Origin: Orbicella franksi
Lineage: Eukaryota
Direction: 5' to 3'
Length of the DNA: 64,000 bases
Assembly (NCBI GenBank): GCA_964199315.1
Contig: OZ116698.1
Span: 17,236,001 to 17,300,000, forward strand
This document shows positions 24,530 to 36,800 of this stretch, piece by piece (the stretch's first letter is position 1; each line of letters opens with the position of its first letter). The notes under the pieces were generated by a model, which made no database searches, was not told the origin of the DNA, and saw only the letters and a program-made list of their open reading frames with translations. The translations under genes and the position numbers were made by a program.

Positions 24530-26818
24530 CGAATCTTTAGACAGGATTAACCCATCAGTACTATAAAGTACTGTTATCAAAGGAGTCCTGTAAGATTTAA
24601 AAATTTAAAAATTCAAAAAAGGTAAAAAGTTAAAAAGGCAAAACTACGTACATTGGAAAACATATAAAAACTCACGATTAAAAATTACAAGTAAAAATGT
24701 TCGTTGGCCTTTTGCCTAAATAAAAGCCTAGAGTTCAGAGTTCTTATGTCTGCCGGTAAACTGTTAAAAATTGAAGCCCCTAAAAACGAAAAACTCCGAC
24801 GGCCAAACTCCAAGTTCATTTTCGGCAGTTCGATCGAGGAAAATCTATTTCTTGTGTTGACATTGTGACTTACCCTTGTAAAATAGTTCTTAAAAGGCGT
24901 ACATACATTTCCAATTAGACAATCAAAAACATACAGACAGACTTTTCTTTTCAAATAACTGTCAACTGATGGAATACGAATGTCAGTCTTGTTTTGCAGT
25001 CCTGAGGAAATGCAGCTTAGTCCACGATGTTCGAGGTTGCGAATTAGTTGCCTGCGCATATTTGAATAGCTTAGTGTGATTAGACTACAATAGGTAAAAA
25101 CAGGCATAATCATAGCCCTGTAAATGCTTTATGCAGCTGCACAAGTAATGGAAGAACGAATTTTCCGCAGTAGAGTGACTCTCCCGGCCGCTTTCTTTTA
25201 GGTTTTGTTGAAATGGGTTTCAAAACTCAATGTAGGATCTAAATGGACACCCAAGTACTTGTAGGTTGTTGTACTATTTATGGGTAATCCATTTACCGTC
25301 AGATTGAGCTGTTTACCTTGGAGACGACTCAACCTTTGTGCAGTTCCGAAAATAACGAATAAGTAATTCTAAAGATTATTAATTCAGCCAGTATGGGATT
25401 TCTTTCTGACGCTATCTGTGAAAGTTTCTATCAGCTGTTATTTCACTTACTGGTTATCAATCAGCGTAAACCCCTTAGAAGTGCCGTTTTTGACTGCATT
25501 CACGTGACATTTCTTGGGAATAACTACGTGGTCGTCCTTGGTTGCTAAAACAAAATAAAAACAAACAAACAAATAGTTGGTTTACTAACATGTCCCCTCA
25601 ACGTTAACAATCCTACAATGTACCGCTTTATACACTTAGTCCTAATTACATTTACTGGACAGTGCCTGTTATTTCTTCTGTTTATAACTGATCAATAAAG
25701 AAACAGTGTCTTACCTTCTACCTGGACGTAAATTTTCTTGCTTAATTTTACGCCAATCGGGAATCTGGTGTACTCCAAACTGAAAGACTCGTTGCTAAAG
25801 ATTGCAACTTGGACCTCTTTAAATTTTTCATGGGTTGTGCTATTTGTCTCTGCTCGAACTTCTAAAAGAAACAATTGATTAAAGTTTATGTTCAAATTGT
25901 TGTAAAAGAGGTTTTTTTTTAAATGGTTTAATTCGACATTCAGCTGCAGATACTTTCTTACAAAATATGTTAGGTCTAGGGTCAACCCCCTCCTTACGGA
26001 CACCTCCATTATACGGACCGCTCTATAAGAGGACAGTTAACTTAGTGCTCCTTTGGGTGTCCGTATCAAAGGCGTTCGACCGTATTACAAGCTTGGAGAA
26101 ATTTTCCCATGCGCACATTTTCCTCTTGCGCTTCTAAGCAATAAATGCCCATTAATTACCTTCCTTGTGGGAGGCATGGTGACCTCATGGTTAGTGCGCT
26201 CGTCTCAGGATCGAGCGGTCCGGGTTTGAGCCCTGGCGGGGGACGTTGTGTTTTGTTCTTGGGCAAGACACTTTACTCTCACTGAGCCTCTCTCCACCCG
26301 GGTGTATAAATGGGCACCGGCGAACTTAATGCTGGGGGTAACCATGCGATGGACTAGCATCCCATCCAAGGGGGAGTAGAAATACTCCTAGTCGCTTCAT
26401 GCTACAGAAACCGGATAAGCTCCGGCCTGGTGTGCTACTCGGCTGTTTGCACACTTTATCTTCTAATTACCTTCTTTCCTTAGTTACGCCTCGATTTGCC
26501 ATACCAGGTTATTCAATGTTTGCATGGTTCTTTTGAACGCCAAGACCTAATGACGTACAAAGTTGGACAAACTATTTTTAAACGCAAATTCATACCTCTA
26601 AAGTTCAAGTTCGGAAATGAGAGTTTCATTTAATGCTCTTGAGCAATTTTGCAACCGGCAATAAAACCTAGGTCACATAGCATTTTGATCAGTTTTTGAC
26701 TCGCAGAATCTGTCTGCACCTTCTTTAATTAATTAGCCACGTCTAAAAGTATCACATTACCTGGCAATTTTGACACCAAGGCTAATATTATCCAGGTAAA
26801 TAGCAAAAAGATGGCCAT
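22725..26818 (-). CDS. Secreted protein with a single ZP-C-like domain (paralog A), 5 exons, ~215 aa; last exon uncertain
   Basis: Exons 26818-26761 (MAIFLLFTWIILALVSKLP, signal-like), 25861-25715, 25544-25451, 23398-23106, candidate terminal exon 22780-22725; total 648 nt. Same exon phases (1,1,2,1) and motifs as paralog B: VQVAIFSNESF, IYVQV, PKKC, LIDNHC, VRFKF, LYLHCKMTTC, FNCRTQ, DITIGPFIQV. No TM exon found by eye. Confidence 0.75.
24163..24470. repeat. Microsatellite cluster (ATT/CTT)n, (CTGT)n, (CCGT)n, (TCAT/TCAG)n
   Basis: Direct reading. Confidence 0.8.
24472..25362 (-). mobile_element. 5'-truncated, mutated L2/CR1-group LINE 3' end with (TTA)n tail, in intron 3 of ZP paralog A
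   Basis: Minus-strand translation FGTAQRL..TYKYLGVHLDPTLSFETHFNKT*KKAAGRV..SIYRAMIMPVFTYC..RRSFSFLGASIFNSLPADIR, typical of the post-RT ORF2 C-terminus; two in-frame stops; short 3' UTR then TTA microsatellite at 24472-24528. Confidence 0.85.
25976..26084. mobile_element. Degraded Tc1/mariner-like MITE
   Basis: GTCAACCCCCTCCTTACGGACACC ... GGTGTCCGTATCAAAGGCGTTCGACCGTA inverted ends. Confidence 0.55.
26169..26460 (+). mobile_element. Near full-length tRNA-derived SINE (intron 1 of ZP paralog A)
   Basis: A box TGACCTCATGGTTAG, B-box-like GGTTTGAGCCC; body homologous to 6197-6490. Confidence 0.85.
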
Positions 26819-27889
26819 CTTCTTCTTGTTTAAATAACCCTCCTTACTTCTTACGCGTTCACTGAAAGACATGAAAAAATTTCTAAAGTTGCCTCACCTC
26901 TTTTTTGTGTTTTGCAAGGAGGCAGCGCGCATGGAGCGGGCCTGAAGCCTAAAAAAGGCAGTCTTTGTGTAAATTTTCCGTATTGTTGAATGTTCTTTTT
27001 TTGGTGACAAAAAGCCGCAACCTCACGGAAGTTTTTGAGAACAATTTCTGTATTCTTTAATGTACTTTTTTGGTGACAAAAAGAAAGGTGAACTTTGAAG
27101 GACCAGTTTTTCCTAGAAACAAAACTTTCAAGCAATTCCGAGCCTAGAGTCCTCCGGCTCGAAGGCCAGCGGCTGATCGTACAGAAGGAATTACCCAAAT
27201 AAGACTTTCCAGACTAAAGAATGATTTGAAATGTCAAGATTTTTTTCGGTTTCTTTGCGTTTCCTCTCGATACTGTGTTCCCATAGACTGTATCTACCAC
27301 TGCAGCTTAGTTGCGGTGAGATCGTGAAAATGCCAAATAATCAGCCGTTTAGTTGGTTTTCGACGCGACTCTGGCAATTACGCTTTAAGCATGCGTTGTA
27401 GTGACATTGAGTAAATCAGGAGATCGCAGGGTAGATCTCAGCACTCTATCTCAGCGTTCCATTTTACCAGAAATCCTATTAACTTGTGATATTATTTCTT
27501 CGAAAAATTTAGTGCCTTCAATGGTACGTTTTGTCCAATTCTAGATAACCTTTAATTTGATTTCGTTTTGAAGGTAAACTGATTTATCTCAAGCCTGAAA
27601 TTTCAGTCGCTATCCGCCCTCAGTTGAGGAAGGGAGACAACTGACTCCAACTCTACAGTACTCTTCAACCTATTGTAGCTCACAAAATCAGGAAGCTAGC
27701 CTGGCATTCAGCCTCGATCAGCAAAAGTTCACTTCCGCTTTTCAAAGAGTCTGCAGTTTCCTGGTCAGCACCGTTTACATGAGTATGCGTAAACAAAGGC
27801 CCGGCGGACGAAGCGGAAACGGATGGGACAACAGAGGCCGGTTCGTTATGAGTGGACTACGAGGATCTGTGCCTTATAATTCACGTTAA

Positions 27890-30800
27890 ATGTTTGCAAA
27901 ACTCAAGCAGAAAATCGCCGAGGAGGAATTGACCTCTGATTCAAGTCGTTCTTTGCCTTCCAGCCCGAGCGTACGACGAGCTAAGGTCAATGGATGGACA
28001 GAGAACAAGTGGGAAAGGCGAAGACTAAGCAATGCGAGTAGCTTGTATGAATCAAGAGAATCTCTTCTCAGTGAAAGCAGTGTTGCTTCATCGGGGTACA
28101 ATATTTCAAGGCATGCCTCGTTCACGAGCAGGTCAGCTGCGACTCCAGTTGGAACGCCTGTGGAACCACCGAGTTGTATGGTTAGTAAGGATATGTTGAT
28201 CGAAATGTTCGCTCGCTCGCTCTCCTTTCGTCTCATGACTTTTTAATATCATGCATTGTTTCGTTGTGACCTTGACTACACCATGTTTTTCTGCTGTAGT
28301 TAAAAGCTGACTGGATAAAACTTTAATTTTCCCTGAAAGAATTGAATGTCTACCAAAAGGTTTGACGTTTGAATCCGAAGTTTAGTTTGATGCTCTTTTG
28401 TCGACCGCTAAGTCTGACCATATCAGTTATGGTGACTTCAATATTTCTCTCGCGTATATCCTCCACGTTGCCAACTCATTAGCACTCATTATCGCCCAGA
28501 ATTTTACTAATTGGAGTTTAAAACCAGATAAAGAAGACTAGGTACAATTTAGTAATTATTAGAGGCTCTACTTCAAACGGAAGGGTTCTGTTGTTGTTCT
28601 GATGTAAGTAAATCCAAAATAAAAGATGTCATAAATAATAAATGGCAGTTTGGTTTTAAGTGACTGCCTTTATTTGACGGTAAATAAATGTAGATTAATC
28701 TGTAAACTTTTATTGAGAGGTAAAATTTTCACCAATACAAATAATTTTTGGGTGATAATTTATCGAAATACGTGGTACATGTGCATTGTTTACCAATTGT
28801 TTACAAATTGTTTTGCTTGACTAAATTTCAAATTGTCATGGTCTTTTGCACACATACTCTCCAGATCCCTCAGTGCACCGTGAAGAGCGTTACATCCATG
28901 TGGCCTCGTCAGACATGAAAAAATTATCATATCTGTTCAAATTAATTTATCTGCCTATAAAGAAATCCGTTACTTTCTTTAATTTCCCCACTTCTTGCAA
29001 ATGCTGTTTACATGTAATATCAAGTAAAATGTTTCAATATAAAAAGCAATTGCAAATTTTTGCAGCTCGATTAAATTGAGAACTCATTTTGCATGTGCAG
29101 TTCCTCACCTGAGAACAAGGCAACTCAAAATTTGACCAGCAAAATGTAATGCTGTTCATAGTAGTTCTACAGTGTATACTGATTGGCATTGAATCTTTGA
29201 TTTTAGTTTTTGCTTGGTTTTGAATATAATTTATGGCAACCAATAGCAGTGAGAGTAGTTCCACATATCATTTCTAATAGTATTTTTTAGGTCTGACTTG
29301 CTGTCTGCGTGAGGAGGAGACATCATCTCCCGTAAAGTAGACTACGAGTAGTCCCTCCCTCACTTGGTCTGTCATGCATGATATGAAAGAAAACTGCTAG
29401 AAAAAAGTGGCAAGAAAAAGGATTTTGCAGGGCCATTTTTTCCTCTAGGTTTATCCATTAAGACCTGAGAGTAATAATATGTCAATGCATGTTTATCATG
29501 AATCTTAAAAGATTTTTTAAGTTGTGTAAAATATCTGTCGTTGCTATAAAAAGCTGAGCGTATGTCACATCTGAATAAAGCAAGGATTCCATAACGATGC
29601 AGTGGGTGGTCACTACCAGAAACACAAAGTAAAAGAAATTGTCAAAGTTCTGGGTTGGAAAGTGGTTGTGGTTTCTTAAGAATGCAAGCAGTTGTTGCTT
29701 ATGAGTGAGTGTCTGTCAAGTGGTTGCTAAAGGAGAGTGGTCGCTTAAGAGAGTGGTTGCTAAGAGACAGTTGACTGTAGTTTGTTTCTTGAATGGTTGT
29801 TCTATCCAAGAGCATTGGAAAGTGAATCACCTCATATTACTTTTTTCTGTAATGTCCAATATTTCATACGTGTAGAACAGGGCTGTTAAAAAAGGGCCGC
29901 AACCAGTAGCACCCGTTACGGCTGAGCATGCTTGATGGGCCCAGTGTGAAGATCAAGGCTTAATGACAGCCCTGTAAAAGAATTGTGAAGCATACATGTT
30001 ATTCCAGTTACAACACAGATGCTGGCTAGCCAGGATGAACATGCTGGAATGCATTGTTGAACATGCTATTGGTACTTTTTTTATCCCAGGATAAAGTTTT
30101 AGAGTGCAGTGTAACTGAATTAGTCATACTTGTGTTGAAACATGAATGATTGACCAACACTTGCTGAGTAGTTGAATTTCAGGTTTTCTTTTATTTTAAA
30201 GTAAATTTATTAAACTTAATTCATCTCCTGAAACTTTATTCAATTTTTTGATCCACGAGGACTGGACAAATATTTTAATATTATATTCAGTTCATTTTTC
30301 TTTTCCATTTTTGTTGCTGTAGGTCAATGCCCGATCTTCTAAAGAGGAAATCCTTGATTTGCTGGCAAAGAAAGGAGAACAAGTCAACAGACTGGAGGCA
30401 AAGATTGCAGGTAAACTGATATTTAAATATGTAGCATGATGCATAGTTTGCAAATTATCTCTAGAGAGAAAAATATTTTGAAGTTGAAAAGTCATATAAT
30501 TAAAGATTAAAGTTCAAGATAACATCAGAAGTCAACAGTATACTACTTATGTAATGTTTTCCAGTGGCATACTGTGTAATATTTGGTGAGTCACTCGTAT
30601 TTTCTTGGTATTCACAGGAGCCTTTAGGAGAGTTTGTATACCGAGAAAATACAAATTCCATGGTATACCACAAGAAAATGCTGCATAACTATTTTGTACA
30701 ATGCCACAAAAAATACAGTGGCCAACACAATCAACACAATATACAATGAGAATGTTGAGTGTAATAAGTACATGTATAGCTAGTATATAACAGCTTTCCC

Positions 30801-33800
30801 GTATTCTGATTGGCTGTATTTTCTATGGTTTGGTATAAAGACCAAATGAATATACCATGATCTGTCATGCCGTGTCATGTCATGTAATTTTAAGGTACAT
30901 AGCCCAGAAAAGCAGGCTGACCTTGTTCATGAGCCTGTTTCACTATTTCTTAGGTGCATCTCTGCGTTATTTCTAAACACTCTTGGGGAAAAGAGGCATC
31001 GTGTTTGTGTATATAATGCCTTCTTGGAACTGTCAATCATGTGTCTAACTGCTAACCATAAGGTCTCACATTTTCATTATCCTCTATCAGTAACCAATAG
31101 AAATGCTTGTCTGACAGCTAGTTTGGTTTAAAGTAGTCAAAAGTCCATAATTATACTGGCATTAAGCTGGGTTGACAGCTAGGGAATTAATTCCGGTTTG
31201 CGTGATAACAATTTTTTTTTGTTGCTGGTCAAATTTACAGAGATGGCAAGTCTTCTAAGAGAGCAGACAAGAGTTAAGGAATCACTTGAAGGTGCTCTTG
31301 AGAGACAGAAGGAAGGTACTGTTCTTATGTTATGTTGTGTTCTTAAATTTAATGTACTTGCCTGATACATATGTACTTTATGGTGAGAACTGGGATAATC
31401 AATATTGGCTAACATACTACAACACACATTTTTTTGAAGGACCAATTGCTACCCTTAGTTGGTCTTGAAATTGTGCCACCTAATTGCAAGAACAATATAT
31501 TCATAATAATGTTAAGCCTGGTTTTCATATCCCGCCGACCTATCTGCAACGTAGTCGCGGGTTGCAACTGACAACGTTTGGCGATCTGACCCAGTGGGTT
31601 CCTGGCGCATCTGCGATGGATCATCGACGAACTCAAATTTGCATGAAATGCAAATTGAATTGTGCAAGTTTCAACCATTTTACCCGTAAATATGGATTGA
31701 ATTGTCTTACTGGAGCACGTTGCATCCGCAGATGATGTTCACATAAAATATTTTCATCGCCAACAACCGCTGACAACCGATGGCTTGCCTGCGAAGTTGA
31801 ACTCAGCTCAACTTCGCATGCAAGCTGGTGGTCAATACCTGGGATAGGTTATGATTCGGCGATAAATGTTCACATATGCCGTAATGGTGGCTATGTCCCA
31901 GGTATGTCGGCGGCATATGAGAACCAGGCTTTAGATTGAAATAGCTGTACAACAATGTTACACTGACAATATTGACAAATGAATGTAGAATGCAGAATTG
32001 TGAATTGCATTTCAGACATTCAGTAACATTTTTCTTCTGACAAACTGAGACTGGCTGACTGATTGAGTGTTAATTTGTTTTAGAGCACTCCACACGGATC
32101 ACAAGTATGAACAATGAATTTGAAGAGAGATCTAAGAAAATGAAAAATGAGTTTGAGAAGACTCTCAAGGAAAAAAACCAGGTATTGATTTAGATTCTGA
32201 TTCGGTGATGGTTTCTAGCAAACTCCTATGAATAAGTGCAGTTGCATGTTAACAAATTGACATCAGTTTATCATGCCTCTGTCCTGTTATTGAGTAAGTA
32301 AGCTTACAAGTAAGCAATAGCCAAGTGGATCTGCAGACTACTTTGACAATGTTATGACAAAATTCATGGTCAAGGACAGGACAGATACATGAAAAACTAA
32401 TGTCAATTTGTTTTTTACAATAAATTATAAATTCATTTGTCTGTCCTCTTATTGACAGTGAAAATTAGCCAATGAGCACACAAGAATTTCTGAAGTTAAA
32501 TTGTAAAATAGTATTATTGTTATTAAAACTAGTGAACCCACACAACTAGAAAATTATTGTCAGTTCTAAATGAGAAGAGCACCTCAAAATTCAGAGAAAG
32601 GCACATTACCGGTAAATCAGTCAGTGACATGATGTTCCAACAGGAGATGAAGCTGTGATCTTTCGTACATTTGACTGCTGCTCAGCTCTACCACTAAGCT
32701 GTATACAAGTACATTGTACACAATGCTAGGAGCAGTTTCATTGCAGAGTAGGATTGTTTATTGCAGGTTTAAATGCAAGTTTATATCCACACATGCTGAT
32801 CTTTACGTTAAATTAAAGAACCACCAAAGATCAAACTATTTCAGCAAACCTCAACATTGAACAGTCTCTGTGTTTATTGCCACATTCATGTTTTAATCAG
32901 TCCCTGTACTCATTAAAGATGATGGACACATGTAATTGCTTGCTGAAAAAAATAATGATTAATTTAATTACACTACCTATGTACAATTTTAATGCAAGAA
33001 CAACCTGCCCTAGAGTTTTTGTTAATATTAGTTGGATCAAGTACAATGCACCTGAGCTTGTAGGGTTTAGGAACAGAGATTCCTCTGTTATCTGGAACAC
33101 TGAATGCCATGGCGATAGTGGTATATTCAAGAGAGTATATTACATCACCACAATTAGGACGAAGTTATGTAGTAATTGTGCAAGTTGTAAAAATAAAATT
33201 GCACTTACATCTAGTGTGATCATAATAATTATTCAACTGGATTCAGTGTAAACGTTCCATCACAGTAGAGTATACAGTGTAGGTTTAACCCATTGACCTC
33301 CGTGCTTCCTGTAACCGGCCGTGACAAGCCTTGGCTTTTGTTCCACTTCTGACGTCATCAGCTTTGACCAAAATTGGCATCATCTATGCTCAACTTCTGC
33401 AGGAGGAAAAGATCTTTCCAGTGATACCCAGATCAGAGTAATCGGTTCAATGGAGCCTGAAATATGCACTAAAATGCTCAACAAGTTGAGTAAAAAACTC
33501 AGAGCAAAATTTCTTGCGACTACACGTGGCTACTCCATGGTAAAAATTGCCCGTCTCGATGATGCTTTCTCAGAATTTTTTGAACTGGAAGCAAGCCCAG
33601 TAGAAGATCAATCACTGTAGCAAAAAGAAAAAAGGAGATAAAGGAAAGGCGAAATAAAAAAATGAATAAATAAAATAAAATAAAAAATCGACAAGCCTGA
33701 AGACGTAGGTCACTTTCTCTTCCTCAAAATTTTGATTTCTGCGCGTGCCCGTGCAAAAATGTCGTAAAACGCGATGCTGGTGGAAAGAAAGGTATGCTGT

Positions 33801-36800
33801 CATGTTGCAAATGCCTTTTTGAGTAGATTGGAGCTAATTTGGCCCATGTTCAGCCTGAAAGTCTCCAAAATGTCCAAAAAATGCGTTTTTGGCAAAAAGC
33901 TCCGGGAGTCAATGGGTTAATAAAGATTAAAAGAAAATTATAATTCTGGCTATGAAAATAAGCTTGCCAGTTTTTAACTCCATTTTACATTCAGCATATA
34001 GCTTTCTGTCAAAAGTAGTCATTTGTGAAAGTGAAAACCTTTAAATTGTGTCAAATTATAATTTTTAGGAACTTGAAAATAAACTGAAGGCCCTAACTTT
34101 GGTAAGAATCAGATATTAAATTGTTTGCTTTCAATACTAATTAGAAACTAAAGTAAGATAAATGCTGAAGTTTAACGTGGAAAGTTTATTGCTGGATTTT
34201 AATCCTTTCATCTTGAAATGCAAAAGAAAATTTTGGTTTAAGATATACATTTAATCATTAACCGACATTAAACGCAGTGGACCAGTATGTCAAGTCCTTT
34301 TGCGAGAGAAATAATGCTCAACAGTGGGAACTACCTGTAGGCAATATCGTGACTAAATTTGCACAACATATACCATGTAGTAAAAACATTCACTACTTTT
34401 ACGTGGAAGGTCCACCTTCCATGTAAAAGTAGTGAACTACATGTGATGTTCTTTAACGAGAAATCGTACTCTTTTCTTGCTCTTTTACTGGTCTGTACAC
34501 ACCATGTAAACTACCAAAACGTAAATCAAGTTATTCAATTATCTAAAAAAGTATAATTATAACTATTTTCAGCAGCTAGTTTCAATGAACGTTAACGTTG
34601 ATAAAAGTAGACTTAGTTTACTCTACGTACTTGACCATTTGTAACTCCCTTTAATCCACCCTGATGATTTTATAACTATAAAACATTCTGGCGGTTTAGG
34701 AAAGCACACGCTATGCAGACATGAATGAGCTTAACGAACTTCAACAGCAAGAACTGACCAAGATGAAGTCCTTGGTAGGTTGTGCTTTTAGCAAGAGCTC
34801 TACGCTTTATACACATCAGACATTCTTTTAAGTGTAACCAGCTTTGTCTAAAGTATCAAAGGCTCTTTTATAATTTAAGCATAAGAGTTTTTTTTTTAAC
34901 TTTTCATAACCACATTTAGACAATTAATGCACATTCGATTTCAACTCTGTTAAGGAAAATTGTAAATAGTACACTGGGCAAAACTGCCCTGTATCGACGT
35001 TTTACGGCAAAAATTCAAACACGTAAAGCGACGCAAAGAATTTTGCGATTGTCTTCAACGTTATTAAATTTTACATATTTAAAGTAATTTTCATATGGAT
35101 CACTCCAGGAAGACTTGTGTTACAGCGTATCCAAAGTACAGAAAATCACAATTTCTGAGTAAAAAGAGTCAAACGTTTTTCGTCGACATCAAAGTGTGAT
35201 TGTGGAATTTTTTTGTCATGAATTCGACGAGACTGAAAGCACGAGGAAGGTGCAATAATCCATCTAAACAGCTCTGTAATTCTGTGATACTTCAGCAAGG
35301 CAAAACCAAGCGTTATTTCAAATTCCGTATGCCAGAAAATGCGGGGAAATGGCAAGCTCCAGATAGATGAGCCCAGAATCAGGTCCGGCAACTTTCCGAG
35401 AAGCACAAGTAGTAGTGTCTGAAGTTCTTGGCCAGCAACGCTTTAACACTGCAACATTTTTTGGCTTGTACAAGGCGCAAATTACAGGCTGCCCTGTTCA
35501 AAACAAGTAGAAGACTGATCAATTGGCAAAAACAGTTTAAAGAAGGTGAATGTCTGAAGACATTATCGCATTTGAGTGGCCAAATAGTTGTCAAGTCTTT
35601 CTCAAGCTTTCTTGTCAATTCTTTACAAAAAAATTCCACAAACACGTAATGATGTTCTTCGCAAAACACTTCGATTGTGACTTTTTTCCCCCGGAAATCA
35701 CGAGATTTTGCATACTTTGGTGATTCAGTTACCAAATTTGGATTTGCTGTAATGCAAGATCTATATGAAAATAACTTTCCACGTGTGGAATTTAGTAGAG
35801 TTTAAGACAATAGCAAAATTATTTGCGTCATTTTGCTTGTTTCAATTTGTTGTTTTTAGACTTCGATCCATAAGAGGTTTGGCCAGCATATCGTATGAAA
35901 CACGTGATTGATGTTGTGATCCTACTGTGACTGCTATTCGGGCTTGTAGCCTCACACATGTTCTTGGTCACTATTAGAGAAATGTAGTCTAAAATATAGA
36001 AAATCGTTATTGACCAGAAGGAATTTTTTCATTGGACAAATGTGCATGTCACTGGGGTGTTGTGGTTTTCCAATGGATTACTGCCATAGATTTTGTGAAA
36101 CTGAAAGTGATGCACACCGTAGTTACAGAGCCAGTCACTGACTCCTTCCTTGCTTTAGTGCGGTCAGGTCTCGGGACTGTTGCACCATTCACTGACCGTA
36201 CAACTGTATGCATAAAAATTCTTGAATGCATTGTACATACATATACTTGTTTAGGGCTGATCTGCCCTGCATAAACATTCTAAATGAAGAGGAGTTTGCT
36301 AGCAAGACCTAATAAAATTAGTGGTATTTAAAGAAAATTAATATAATCTTCAAGTTTTAGCCTTGCATTCATTTTTACTGCAATTAAGCTCTTGTTGCTT
36401 GCACTACTAAAGGTGTAATTTAATGAGACTACATGTACATGTATTGGCTAATAGTCAAAGAGCTGCGGCCAAGTTTATTATCACTCATAGAAATCAAGGA
36501 CTAGTAGCCTAAATGTTTTAGTTGTCAATGTGAGAGAAGAGCGGTCCAAAACTTGCATTTTATTCAGGGCGAGGCCAAAAGCTAAGAGTGAATTATTCTT
36601 TCTTGAAACGGCTGCGTGTTTTCGATCATGTGCTACCATCTAGAAGACCACAATAAGAGAAGCAATCACATTCGTGAGCGGTGTCTACTGTTGCAATCCT
36701 TTCCAATTAGTTACAACACTCAATAGTGGAGAGAAAAAAGTTCCATGTGGAATCAATTATGAATGGGAAAAGGAGATTTCTACAACTATAACCCTAACGG

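Noticed and set aside
33321-33620. 99-aa ORF inside the piggyBac-like element
   Set aside because: No DDD transposase or Cys-rich motif; likely incidental.
35146-35735. Overlapping minus-strand ORFs in GOLGA1 intron 6 with coding-like composition
   Set aside because: No recognisable motif, no clear splice sites, and frames are broken. It may be a decayed TE or gene fragment; a tBLASTx search would be needed.
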